This document shows, in pieces, positions 38,596 through 51,066 of a stretch of 64,000 nt of DNA; within the stretch, counting starts at the first letter, position 1; each line of letters begins with the position of its first letter. The position numbers and the translations under genes are program-made. The notes beneath the pieces were generated by a model. The model made no database searches. It saw nothing but the letters and a program-made list of their open reading frames with translations, and was not told where the DNA came from. The DNA is from Sphaerodactylus townsendi (taxonomy: Eukaryota): positions 12,090,001 to 12,154,000 of the forward strand of contig NC_059434.1 of NCBI RefSeq assembly GCF_021028975.2, written 5' to 3'.

Positions 38596-39104
38596 TAGGG
38601 AGGTTATTGTTCATTGATTAGTTCACTGTTCATGAACCATTTACCAGTTTGTTACTTTGCAACTATTCAAATAGTACAGTACAGGACAATGTAAGTTTTG
38701 GCCTCACAGGTTTAATTACCTGACCTACCCATCCATAATCCCAGGTATAATCAATCTCACCTGCTGGGCAGATACAAAAGTCTCCAAAAGGAAAGGACAT
38801 TAAACTTCATCACCACAAGTAAATTGAGCTCTACCACCACAGCTACAGCATAGCTGCAAAATTGCTGAACAGCTGTTCAAAGTGACCAATGGATAGGCAA
38901 ATAAATTGGACATTCAGCTGACAGCTATCAATCATGCTCCTCACAACATTTGCAGCATCTACAGCCAGAATTCTGGAATACACAGCATTATAACATGGAA
39001 AATGCAGAGACAGCTAATCTTCCTCATCAGGAAGTATTAAAAATATGACACATAAATCCTTCTCAGGAGCAGTTGGTGGTTAAGAGAAAATAAATTATAT
39101 ATGT

Positions 39105-40130
39105 AATTTCAAATCCAGTTTTAGTCTGGATTTGAATTTGGAACAGAGAATGCTTTGATTGCTTTGGTTGATGACCTCTACCGAGAACTAGACCAGAGGA
39201 GTGTGACTCTGCTAGTTCTGCTGGATCTCTCAGCTGCCTTTCAATACCATTGCTTATGGTGGTATCTTACTGGGCTGCCTCATGGTGGTTTGAGTCCTAT
39301 CTGGGTGGAAGGTCCTGGAAGCGATGCTGGGAGATTCTTGCTCTGCTCCATGGCTGTCAACTTGCGGGGTTCCATATCCCTCCATGCTATTCAATATCTA
39401 CATGAAGCCACTGGGAGCAGTCATCAGAAGGTCTGGGCCGTAGTGTCACCAATATGCATATAATACTTAACTCTAGTCTTCTTTTCCACCCAAGGAAGCT
39501 GTTGGTGTTCCGAACTACTGCTTGGAGTTAGTAATGGGCTGGATGAGGATGAACAAGCTGAAACTTAATGTCTACAGGACAGAGGGGCTCTAGGTTAATA
39601 GAAAGGCAAACCAGAGACTTGAGATCTTTTCTACTTTGGATGGGGCTGAATTCCCATTGAAAAGCCAGGTTTGCAGTTTAGGAGTGCCATTCAACACAAT
39701 AAACATTTTAGAAATTCAAGTCGCTGCTGTGATTTGGAGTGCTTTTGTCCAGATTTGGCTGGTGTGCTATCTATGCCCATTCCTGGCTCAGTCTCATCTA
39801 GTCACAGTGATTCATGCCTTAGTTACAGTTAGGCTGGACTACTGAAATGCATTCTGCTTGGGGCTACCCTTAGAGGCTGCAGGTAGTGTAGAATGCTGTG
39901 GCTAGGCTACAGGTTGGGGCCAGTTATCAGCATCACGTAACCCCAATTCTACAGCAATTATACTGGCTTCTGATCTTCTGAACCCAATTCAAGGAGATGT
40001 TTTTGACTTTTAAAGCTCTACATGGCTTGGGACCATGGTATCCAAAGGACCAGGGTATCCAGGGTATACATTTTCTCCTATATGCTCCTGTGCAGGAACC
40101 AAAATCACAGGTAGAGGTCCTCCTGACTGA
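39105..40130 (+). mobile_element. Decayed L2/CR1-clade LINE RT fragment
   Basis: Remnants ALVDDLYRELDQRSVTLLVLLDLSAAF and LVTVIHALVTVRLDY; a related fragment lies at about 37540-37830. Confidence 0.8.
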
Positions 40131-40292
40131 AACCTAATGTGAATTAAATGATGTATGGTGCTTTGTGTTCTACCTGAGAATGGCTGATCTGTGACGGCTC
40201 ATTCCCACATGTAAGCCATTTATAGAATCACAGAGTTGGAAGGGGCCATACAGGCCATCTAGTCCAACCCCCTATGTAGGATCAGATTAGAG

Positions 40293-40604
40293 CAATGATG
40301 GTGAACCTTTTTGGCTCGTGGTGTCAAAAATTTGGAAAATGCCTCATTTGACACTGCTAGCGTGTCACCTCCTCGTCACCCCCCCAACAAAGAGAAACAA
40401 TCCTTTACAGATCCATTTACTTTTAAAAATACAGTCCAATCATGTGTGGTGCCATATGTTATATAAAGAAATGTCAAAGAATGATAAAAATGACCCAACT
40501 CTAACTGGAAGAATAGTTGTTGGGTGCTGGTGAGCACTGGCATATCACCCACAATGTCATGATGTGTCACCTTTGACATGTATGTCATAGGTTCACCATC
40601 ACTG
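40293..40604. mobile_element. hAT MITE nested in a CR1 3' end
   Basis: TIR caatgatggtgaacc / ggttcaccatcactg; CR1-like tail at about 40223-40275. Confidence 0.65.
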
Positions 40605-40697
40605 GCCTAGAGCATCCTTGACGCATGTTCATCCAGCTACTGCATACAGAGTGTCAGTGAGGAAGTGCTCACCACCTCGCTCTTTGCAGTGATACAT

Positions 40698-41039
40698 NNN
40701 NNNNNNNNNNNNNNNNNNNNNNNNNNNNNNNNNNNNNNNNNNNNNNNNNNNNNNNNNNNNNNNNNNNNNNNNNNNNNNNNNNNNNNNNNNNNNNNNNNNN
40801 NNNNNNNNNNNNNNNNNNNNNNNNNNNNNNNNNNNNNNNNNNNNNNNNNNNNNNNNNNNNNNNNNNNNNNNNNNNNNNNNNNNNNNNNNNNNNNNNNNNN
40901 NNNNNNNNNNNNNNNNNNNNNNNNNNNNNNNNNNNNNNNNNNNNNNNNNNNNNNNNNNNNNNNNNNNNNNNNNNNNNNNNNNNNNNNNNNNNNNNNNNNN
41001 NNNNNNNNNNNNNNNNNNNNNNNNNNNNNNNNNNNNNNN
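40698..41039. other. Assembly gap (342 N) in KLB intron 1
   Basis: Run of N. Confidence 1.
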
Positions 41040-41224
41040 GCATATTGTTCAGTTCTTGTCCATGTCCATTATGGTCTTGTAAACAGTTACTTGCTTCCAG
41101 ACTTGAAAATCCTCTCCAAATAAGTTTTTTTTAGGTTGGCTGAGAATTAGGTCTTGTTTTTCTGTAGGCCATCAGTGTCCAATCTGTGTTTTCACATCTG
41201 CATGTGTAGGCTGACAGACTAGCA

Positions 41225-41356
41225 CAGGGGTAGGGAACCTGCAGCTCTCCAGATGTTCAGGAACTACAATTCCCATGGCCAATTGGCCATGCTGACAGAG
41301 GCTGATGGGAATTGTAGTTCCTGAACATCTGGAGAGCCGCAGGTTCCCTACCCCTG
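41225..41356. mobile_element. Palindromic hAT MITE
   Basis: TIR caggggtagggaacc; perfect TSD gactagca. Confidence 0.85.
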
Positions 41357-41927
41357 GACTAGCAGTTTTGTGTGAGAGAGCTAGTGCCATGTCATGCTAT
41401 AAAGTTCCATTTTTTTCTTTGCTTTGGGCTTACATGCCAGATCTAAAAATCAGCGTTGGTAGCTGTTGGGTGTTGAAGAGTTCTTTTCATTACAACATTT
41501 GTTTGTTTATTAGTGCTATCCCCCTTTTCCCCCTGATCAGGACCTAGGGCAGCTTTTTGCATCATTTCTCCAGTCACGCCTCCTCTTTATCATCACAACA
41601 ATATCCTTGTGAGGTGGGTTAGTCTGAGAGATTATGACAGTCTCAGGGTCATGCATGAACTTCCATGGTAGAGTGGGAATTCAAATCTGGTCATCACAGT
41701 TCCCAGTCTGGCACCCTGATCACTATGCCAGATCAGCTCTCTAACCACTAGGTCAGGGGTAGGGAACCTGCGGCTCTCCAGATGTTCAGGAACTACAATT
41801 CCCATCAGCCCCTACCAGCATGGCCAATTGGCCATTACTGGTGGCTTGTTGGAAATAATTCCTAATTTATCTTCTATCACCAACTCTCACACAGATACTA
41901 TCCTATACAGTCGCTGTCCTTCTAGAG

Positions 41928-42268
41928 CAGTGGTGGCGAACCTATGGCACAGGTGCCAGAGGTGGCACTCAGAGCCCTTTCTGTGGGCATGCATGCACAG
42001 AGTTCATCATGTGGGGGGGTGGAAAATCACCCCCCCACACACATCTAGGTTGGCCTGGGCACGATCCTTTACCTGGGAGTAAGCTCAGTTGCTGGCAATG
42101 GGTCATGATTCACCCATTCGAAGCATTGCACCGTTGCTTCACCAAGCTTACTCCCGAGGAACGCACGCCTCAAAGCCAACCATTTTTGCCATGTTGACAC
42201 TTTGCGATAAATAAGTGGGTTTTGGGTTGCAATTTGGGCACTTGGTCTCGAAAAGGTTGCCATCACTG
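41928..42268. mobile_element. Internally deleted non-autonomous hAT element
   Basis: TIRs cagtggtggcgaacc / gttgccatcactg; perfect TSD ttctagag. Confidence 0.8.
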
Positions 42269-43930
42269 TTCTAGAGGCAATATCTCCAGTGTCATTATGG
42301 CTGTTACTTTTGCAACACAGTCTAGAGAAAGGGTCCATGAGGGGAGAGAAGCAATGAACATGGCAGCCACAAAACTAGTCATGTGATTAGCGATGGTGGA
42401 GTACATGCTTCTGTTCTTTTGCCATGGATAAGCATGCAAGATAACCGCATGTGGACCACCTAACAATATGCCAGGTCCAAATATTTCTCAAGTCTTTCCC
42501 CCTCTCCTTTCGGCCTGGTCTCCAAGTAGAAGACAATGAGTAGCCATGGCTGTACTGCAGTATTTTTTGAAGGTACTATTTTTTCACCTGTTATTATTTA
42601 AAAAAAGGTATTTTGGGACTTGCAGCTGTTGGTGAATTAAAGTTGTACAGGAGAGGAAGGAAGAGAAAGGGAACTGAATAACTGTAACGCTACCATTAAA
42701 ATAGAACCTAACAGGTATTTCTTGCAGAACTTCCACACATATGTTATTTCTCAGTTGATGTAGTTGCTGGTACGATATTGCTGAATTTCATTTCTGGCAG
42801 CAGAAACACAAGTCATATAGAGTACTACTCTTTACAGATTTATGATCTGAGCTACATCTAATTTCACTGAGCATTAAGTAAATAATGGAAGGATTGCTTC
42901 TTTGGTGTACGTAATTCAATGTAGTAAAGGAGAGGCAGGTATGTTGTTAACCTACCATTAAAAAATTACACACGTAAAACAGGATTGGGCTGATGTCATT
43001 CTGAAATTCTTCAATATTGACATAAAGCATATTTATCTTCAAACAATTTAAAATAACCTGGTAACCTTGTTAATTCAGCAGGTTGGCCATTTACCTGCCA
43101 TGAGACTTTATCATGCTAGGATGTATTATTTCATGATTCTTTATGGGTGCTTCACTTATAGCTACAATTTACCAGATTTTGGACTGTTCAATAAACATTT
43201 GTTTATGCTTATCAAATAATTTTGATGTATTAATAATTTCAGTATATTAGTGGACCAGACCAATGAAGCGTGGAAGGAAGTGCAAACCGTGTGAAGATAA
43301 ACAGGGAGCAGAGAAGGCGATTGTCATCTCCTTGGAGTCCCCAGTGGGGAGAAAAGTGGAGTATTGAGATCTTTGTAAATAAATAATAGCACTATGAAAC
43401 CAAAAGTTAGAGATTAAGTCCTATTGATTTTAATGGAAAAGGACATAACAATCTTTATTCAGAGGTAAGACCCAATGGGTTAAATCCAACAAGCTATTCC
43501 ACTGCTGAAAAAGGAAGGATGAGATTCCTTTTGATGACCAAACAGGTTCTACTGGACATTATGGGACCTGCAAGGAGAAAAGCCATTTGGAATAAGGGCT
43601 ACAGTAAGGTGGGGAATTGAGCGAGACTGAGTGAAGAAGCTGGCTTGGTCCAACCCACTGAATTTAATTTGACATCACTGGTAACGACAGTAGTTTGAAG
43701 CAGCTGCTTAGCAGCTGGATTTAAGAAGTGCATGCATTTGGGCTGAATTGTGCCCTAAGTCTATAGTTTAATGTTATATTTAGTGGCAAAATCATTACAC
43801 CAACAGACAAGAGAGAACCCAGCAAGACATTTCGTGAAGCCTTTTAGGCGATGCCTATTAAGATTATTTATTACTGTCACTTGCTATGATAATACTTTTG
43901 CTGATACAATGAAATCAGGCTACACTTTAC

Positions 43931-44773
43931 CTTGATCAGATTATGTCCTACAATGTAGACGGCTGCTCTTTCCTGCCTCTCTCCTGGAGCATGGATACCC
44001 GTGCCATACCCATGCCAAGCAACTAGGTAAGGGTTGTGGATTGTAATCCAGTATTTAACTCGATCCCCAAAGGCTTGGAAGCAAAACACAGCAAAGTCCC
44101 TGAAAATATCAATGAGGGATTCATTTTTCCAGCCTCCATATTCCTCCTGCAGTGCCAAAGGTAAATCCCAGTGGTAGAGTGTGACAACGGGCTCGATCTG
44201 TCTGTGAACAAGAGCATTGAGAAGTCTGTTGTAATAATGGAGCCCCTTTTTGTTGACAGCTGTGACCATCCCAGTGGGAAAGAGTCTTGGCCATGAAATT
44301 GAGAAGTGGTAAGAAGAAACACCCAAAAAATCCAGAGCTGACAAATCTTTTTCCAGGAGAGAGTAGCTGTCACTGGAGTCATCTATCCTGGAACCAGCTC
44401 GGAGAGGTGACTGGATGAAATGTTCCCATATTGAGGGTCCTTTTCCATCTTTCCGCTGACTGCCCTCCACCTGAAAAGCGCCAGTTCCTACACCCCAGAG
44501 GAACTTTGGAGGGAACGTGTCATATAGAAACATCTGAGTTTCATTCACAGGACTTAAATTGGGGTCTTTATTCCACACGGATCTTCCGTCCATGTCCATT
44601 TCCAGTCATGATCTGCACAAAAACCAGTGCCCATAAAGCCAAAGTTCCTTTCCAGTGTTGCACAAACATTGTGTGTCTTGCTGCAGCATATGTTAAAAGT
44701 CAAATTTCTCTTACGGAGACGGGAGAAAATCCATTCAGCGCCCCAAGCTCCCTGCTGCACAGCCTGTCTTCAT
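43931..44773 (-). CDS. KLB: Beta-klotho exon 1 (signal peptide and first GH1-like domain); 5' ~175 nt frameshifted
   Basis: ATG at 44773 gives MKTGCAAGS, resembling the KLB N-terminus; intact downstream [23 protein letters not shown]...WITIHNP...VGHNLIK; GTAAAG donor. Confidence 0.92.
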
Positions 44774-44839
44774 TCGAACTGCTGAAGTGTCTTATCAAAG
44801 CTTGAGTTAAAAAAAAAAGCTTGCGATTGTAAAACCCCT

Positions 44840-44852
44840 GTCAATCATTAGC
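44840..44852. promoter_or_regulatory. Candidate HNF1 site just upstream of KLB
   Basis: GTCAATCATTAGC resembles the HNF1 palindrome GTTAATNATTAAC, about 70 bp upstream of the KLB ATG. Confidence 0.35.
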
Positions 44853-47800
44853 TCAGACTACAGGACTTAGGATAGGTCACAATAAGCAACGTAAACCTAG
44901 GGAGGAGGCTTTCTTATAGTCACCAGGACACCTAAAAGGCATCTTTTCTTGTTACACAAAAGGACATTATAATCTGCAATGCTTTTCCGTCAGTTTGATG
45001 GTGCCCCGTGTGTCTAAAACAGCTGTAAATGTAGCTGTCAATCAGAGGGTGTCTGTCGCTGGTTCAGTTAGTTTTTTGGGGAATCGAGAAGAATTGCCTT
45101 TTCGGCACCATGGTCCCAATAACTAAAGGACTGCCAAGGGTGAATAATGGCCATTTCTGCACAAGTCACTGAAAACGTTTGCAAGCCGTTTTCAACCCCA
45201 CCCCACCCCCCATTTGTTTGCATTCACCCCCTTGAAATGCTTCCTGACTACCATTTTATGATTTTTAATTTTATGGTTTTAATTTTATGATTTTTATGCT
45301 TTTTAATGGTTTAATTTTATGATTTTATGGTTTAAAAAACTTTTCTGTGGATCCAATGTTTCAAAGCCTCGTGCTTTGATTCTCCAAAGGCCATGCACTC
45401 AAGGCTTCACAGAAACCCCCCCCCCCAATTTTTTAAAAGACAGATATAAACAGGTGAGATGACAGAGCAAGCTCAGAAAATGTCACCAAGGAGGAACTCC
45501 TGGGACTTACAGAGAGATCTGGGAAATGTTTGGTCAACAGGAAAAGGATGCAAAGGTGTGTGGAGTGGAACTGTGGCTCAGTGGTAAAGCATTTGCTAAT
45601 ATGAACATATGAAGCTGCCCTACACGAAATCAGAACATTGGTCAGTCCTGGCAGAGCCCTTCGGGGGTTGGGCGGGATATAAATTTGAAAAAATAAATAA
45701 AGTACTGTCTACTTAAATTAACAATGGAGCTCCAATTTTCCAATAAAAGTCTTTCACATCATTTACTACCAAACTGCAGATAATGAAGACTGAATATGAG
45801 ACCTTCTGTTTGCCACTCAGCCATGCCTCCCTCGGTGAACAATACGCAAAGTGGTTGCCCATTGCCCCCTCCCCCAGCTATCAGCAGACTATTCCATTTC
45901 AACACTGAACTCACAAAATGGAAGATACATCCAGTGAGTCAAGCTGTAACCTAGCTGGCACACAGGTGCCAGGAGGGTGGCACCTCCAGAGCTCCTCCTC
46001 TGTGGGCTACCACGTCAATGCAACAGAGTCCCATCCCCATCTAGGCTGGCCTGGGCCAGCTGGGGCTCACCATTATTAAAGCATTAAACCCAAGACCTAG
46101 TTTTGGGGAAGCAGTGTAGGTAATCCTGTTAAGCACTGTTAAACCTCACTGATTTTCATGCAAAGAACTAAAGCGCGATCCTTTACCTGGGAGTAAGTTC
46201 GGTTGCTGGCAATGGGGCTTGCTTCTGAGTAAACCCTCCTAGGGTCATGATTCACCTGTTGGAAGAGTTGCACGGTTGCTTCAAAGCAAAACCACCGACT
46301 ACCACCAAGCTTACTCCCGAGTAACGCACGCCTTGGAGCCAACCATTTTTTCTAAACTAAAACCTCAGTATTCAGTTGCCGTGTTGGCACTTTGCAATGA
46401 ATAAGTGGGTTTTGGGTTGCAATTTGGGCACTTGGTCTCGAAAAGCTTTGCTATCACTGGAATACATCATTATTTTAATTTCATTTTACTGCTTAGGTCA
46501 GAGGTCCCCAATCTTTTTATGTTTGTGTGCACTTTTTAGAATTTTGCAAAAAAAGTGGTGACTAATGCAATCATAAAATGGCTGTCGTAGACATGGGGGC
46601 CAGTTACAAAACATTAAATGGTTCCACAAAATAAGAACATAAGAACAAGCCTGCTGGATCAGATCAGAGTCCATCTAGTCCAGCTCTCTGCTACTTGCAG
46701 TGGCCCACCAGGTGCCTTTGGGAGCTCACATGCAGGATGTGAAAGCTGCTGCCGCTCTCGAGCACCTGGTCGAGATACTGAGGGTTTCCAAGCTGAGCAT
46801 CCTTCTATGATGACTCTTGTTAAGAGCCTCCTGCACCTCCTGTGTTTGGGGAAAAGATGCTGAGTGGTTTTGGTTTCCAAAGGAAGGGGAAGATTTATTC
46901 CCTGCACAGCCACAGAGAGAGGTTTTTCAACTCAGAGACATAAGGAAATCCATCTATGGCATAACTGAGGGTGTACAACCTTTAACTAATATAACTCCCT
47001 TGCCATGCATTTGTTATAGTTTTGCTGTTTGCAGCTTTACTACCACATTACATCAAAAGACACAGTCTTATTGATGCAACTTTATTTTCCAGTGTTGTTT
47101 AATATTTCCTAAATTATAGACAAAGAATCCAGTTTCCGCAATTCATGATTTTTGTGAAAAGGCTAATAAATTATCTAATATGTCCTTCTTCCTGTATGCT
47201 ATAATCCTATAATCCAATATAGATATTCGGCAGTTATAAGAGCAGATATAGGAGAGACCTGAAAGAAACCACAGCACTGAAACCGAATCATCTGGATCGA
47301 AACAATTTTAAACAACTGGATTTTTGTAATCCTGATTAGGAGGAGGGATTAATCAGATCATGAGTAAAAACCAAAACAATAATTAGCAGACATAAGGGAT
47401 CCAGAGCATGCACATATGATTTTGATGTTTTTTGTAGTTGTGATCTCTCTAAAAAAAATTGTGAGAAGCCCCAACAGTTAACAATGCATAGAATGAGAAG
47501 GCATGATCCATGTAATTTAAGCAAATAATTAACATAATGAATCCATTCCTAGGCTGTAAACTTCTTGGAGAAAATAACTCGGGTTTTCTGTTACTCTGTA
47601 AAGGGCCATCCACAGTGATGGTGCCAAAGAAAGTCCAATTACTGTAATATTCTCTATGGGCAACCACTTTGGAAACAGATCCCAGAGCTTTAGTTGATCC
47701 CAAATGTGGCAGTCAGCTTACTGTCAGGGACTGGGTTCAGGAACTGTGCCAGTCAAATGGTGAAAGAAAGATTGGCACAGGGTTCCTGTTTGTTTTCAGG

Positions 47801-48639
47801 TATAATTTTAATGTTGTATTTTATTATATTATTTTGTAAGTCACGTCAGGGGAATTTGCATAAGTATTCCCTAAATTAATAAATATATAAACAATAAATA
47901 ACATCCAAATTAAAAGTTGCACATTTCAAACTGTTCAAATCCTGTTACCCCTTCCCTCTTTGTTGTTTGGGATTTGCTTGGCACCAATGCAAACGAATAG
48001 AAGAGCTGCCAGCCTCCAGGTGGGACCTGGGATACTCTAGAATTACAGCACACCTCCAAACTACAGAGATCAGTTCCCCTGGAGGAAGTCTACTTTAGAG
48101 CAGTGGTTCTCAGCCTGGGGTATGTGTACCCCCAGGGGTAGATACTAGAGCATTTGGGGGTACACACACACAAAATTATGCAACGGGTTTGCTAATACTG
48201 ATGTGTCTAGGTTTACACCCACACATTTGCAGTTGTCATTCATATTCAAAGATGACATCACAATATGGGGTACAATTTTAGGCAAATATGGGGTACAATT
48301 TTAGGGTTGCCAAGGGGAACATGAGTAAAAAGAAGATTGGGAATCTATACTTTAAAGCAGGGATGTCCAACTCTGATCCTCCAGGTGTTCACAGACGATT
48401 CCCATCAGCCCAGATGTTCAAGGAATACAGTTCCCATAAGTATGTGAACATCTGGTGGGCCTGAGTTGGACACTCCTGCTGTAGAGGATTAATTCTATGG
48501 CATGATATCCTACTGAGGTCTCTGTCCTCCCCCAGGCTCCATCTCCAGGAGTTTCCCAACCAGGATCAGGCACTTTCACCCCCCTACTCCTCTGGCAGCA
48601 ATCTAAGCACCCCTCTTCTGTGGTTCATCCCCTCCCCCC

Positions 48640-49180
48640 GAGGGCCCACCCACTCTGAAAGAGTCACTTTCCCACCCTTTCTTCGGGCATTATAAAGGGG
48701 CCCCAAAGAAGCCCCGCCCCCTTTTGCCTTCCTTTCCCTCCCGTGACGCCATCACGTCGCGCGCGCCTGTGCCCTCGCGCTTGTTTATTGGCGCGAAGTT
48801 AGGAGGGTGGCCTGCGGAGGGGAGGGGGAGAGATGGAGCCCCGGTGGGCCCAACCGCCGCTAACGGCATAAACCGACGCTCCCAGAAGCCTTTGGGGCTT
48901 GGCGAGGATGGTGAGCGCGTGTTTGGGCGGGCGCGCGCCTCTGGGGAGGGGGATTGGAAAATGCTGCATTTCCTCCGCGGGGTGTGTGCGCGCGCTTGTT
49001 AGGAGGGAGTCTAGAGGGTGGGGGAGGAAGCTTTGGGGTTCCGATCCCGCCCGCCCCCTCCTCCCCCCTCCCCAGCCTCAATAAGGACGTGACACTTGAT
49101 GGGGTGTGATGGTAGCGACGTGGGGCTCGATGAAACTGCCTGGGGGTCGGTGGGGGCTCTGTGGAGTGATCGTGCCTGTA
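48640..49180 (+). promoter_or_regulatory. RFC1 CpG-island promoter
   Basis: GC box CCCCGCCCC (~48712), CRE-like TGACGCCA/TCACGTC (~48744), E2F-like TTGGCGCGAA overlapping ATTGG (48787-48797). Confidence 0.8.
48908..48910 (+). CDS. RFC1: Replication factor C subunit 1, exon 1 coding part (ATG only)
   Basis: GAGGATG|GTGAGC donor in the CpG island; joins phase 0 to DIRKFFG to give the RFC1 N-terminus MDIRKFFG. Confidence 0.8.
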
Positions 49181-50570
49181 GATATTATTATTATTTATTA
49201 TTATTATCATCATCATCATCCCACTCCCGGTTACGTTTGAGTCCTGTTTCGTTTCCAGATGTTCTCAACGTTATTTGCTTTGTTTTGCTACCCCCTGGGA
49301 TCCTCTTCCTTTTCGCCCTCCACAATCTTTCAGTGGGCTTTCCCATGCTTTAATCTAGGGATTTCCAACTGTAGCCCTCCAGATGTTCATGGATTACAAT
49401 TCCCATCAGTCCCTGCCAATTGGCCATCCTGGCAGGGATTGATGGGAATCGTAGTCCTTGAACATCTGTAAGGTCACAGTTGAACGCCCCAGCCTTAACC
49501 ATAGTTGAATTATTCTCTTTTCAACAAGAAAGGAATTTGACTTAAACTTCCTGTGGCTCAAAACAGGAAGTTTGATGAACCCCACCTTTGAAACCATGTT
49601 TTGATTGGGCACAAGTACTTGCCAAAGTGACTGGCTGGATGGTTGTCACAATGTTTCATAATAGCAGGCATTATGCAGTAACACCCCTGGGTTTGCCAGC
49701 CTGTGTTCATTTGACAGGAGCTGCAGCTGATTGGTGCTTTCTGCTTAATGTAATTGTACATTTTTAACCATGCATTTTACGGTTTGTGTGGATACTCAAA
49801 GAATCTTTGGTGTGAGCCTAAAAACACAGTGTGAAGTAGCCTTAAAAGATAGTTCAAACTTCCTTTCTTCTCTGTGTGTAACATGCCCAAACTTGCCTTT
49901 GTGGATATATTTGCATACCAGCTGTGACATATATTGGTCAAGGGTATTTGCATGCCATAGGTAACTTAGGCTGCTGGTAGATGCAGCCACATCTTCCTCA
50001 TGTGATTTCTGTGATCATGGCAGCTCAACAGAGGAATTTCTAGAATTGCTTACAAGCAACTTCAGATGGTCGCCGTGTTGGTCTCCAATAGATCGGTTAG
50101 GTTTGAGTCCATTAGCACCTCTAGAGACACGAGAGTTTCAAAGATTTTTGAGAGTTAAATTCATGAGATAAGAACTTGTGGCTCTGTCTGCTGATATTGC
50201 GCAGATCCCATGCTAGCTGATCTCTCTGGATTGGCAGGGCATGGTCACATGCAGAAGCTGTTTGGACTCTGACATGCAAACAGTTTCCTTCCCTAGACAG
50301 TATATGCATGTTGCATGTGCAAAATGAAATTGGAGAGAATATTCAGTGGATGCGTAGTTTTCTTTTTTGCTGTCAAGTTACAGCAGACTTTCAGCGACCC
50401 TGTTGAGTTTTCAGAGCAAGAGATGCTTGGAGGTAGTTTGCCACTCCGTACCTTCTCATGACCTTGGTATTCCTTGAAGGTTTCCCATCTAAATACTTGG
50501 TAAGGGCTGAGAGTGCATGGCTGCCTCAAGGTAATCCAGCAAGCTTCCATGGTGCGAGTGGGTTTTAGAA

Positions 50571-51066
50571 CAGTGATGGCGAACCTTTTTGAGACCAAAC
50601 TGCAATCCAAAAACCACTTATTTATTGCAGTGTGCCAACATGGCAATTTAACCTGAATACTGAGGTTTTAGTTTAGAAAAAGCGGTTGGCTCCGAGGTGT
50701 GCGTTACTCAGGAGTAAGCTTGGTGGTAGTCAGTGGCTTTGCTTTGAAGCAACCGTGCATCTCTTCCAACGGGTGAATCACGACCCTAGGAGGGTTTACT
50801 CTGAAGCAAGCCCCATTGCCAGCAACAAGCTTACTCCCAGGTAAAGGATTGCGCTTTGCATGAAAATCAGTGGTGTTTAACAGCGTTTAACAGGGTTACC
50901 TACACTGCTTCCCCAAAATTTGGTCTTAGGTTTAATGCTAATAATCGAGCCCAGCAGCCCAGGCCAGCCTAGATGTGGGGAGGGGGGGCCACTCTGTTTG
51001 CGCATGCCCACAGAGAGGGCTCAGAGTGCCATCTCTGGCACCCGTGCCATAGGTTCGCCACCACTG
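50571..51066. mobile_element. Non-autonomous hAT element
   Basis: TIR cagtgatggcgaacc / ggttcgccaccactg; near-TSD ttttagaa/gtttagaa. Confidence 0.85.

Noticed and set aside
40665-41123. ORFs spanning poly-X
   Set aside because: Artefact of the 342-N assembly gap
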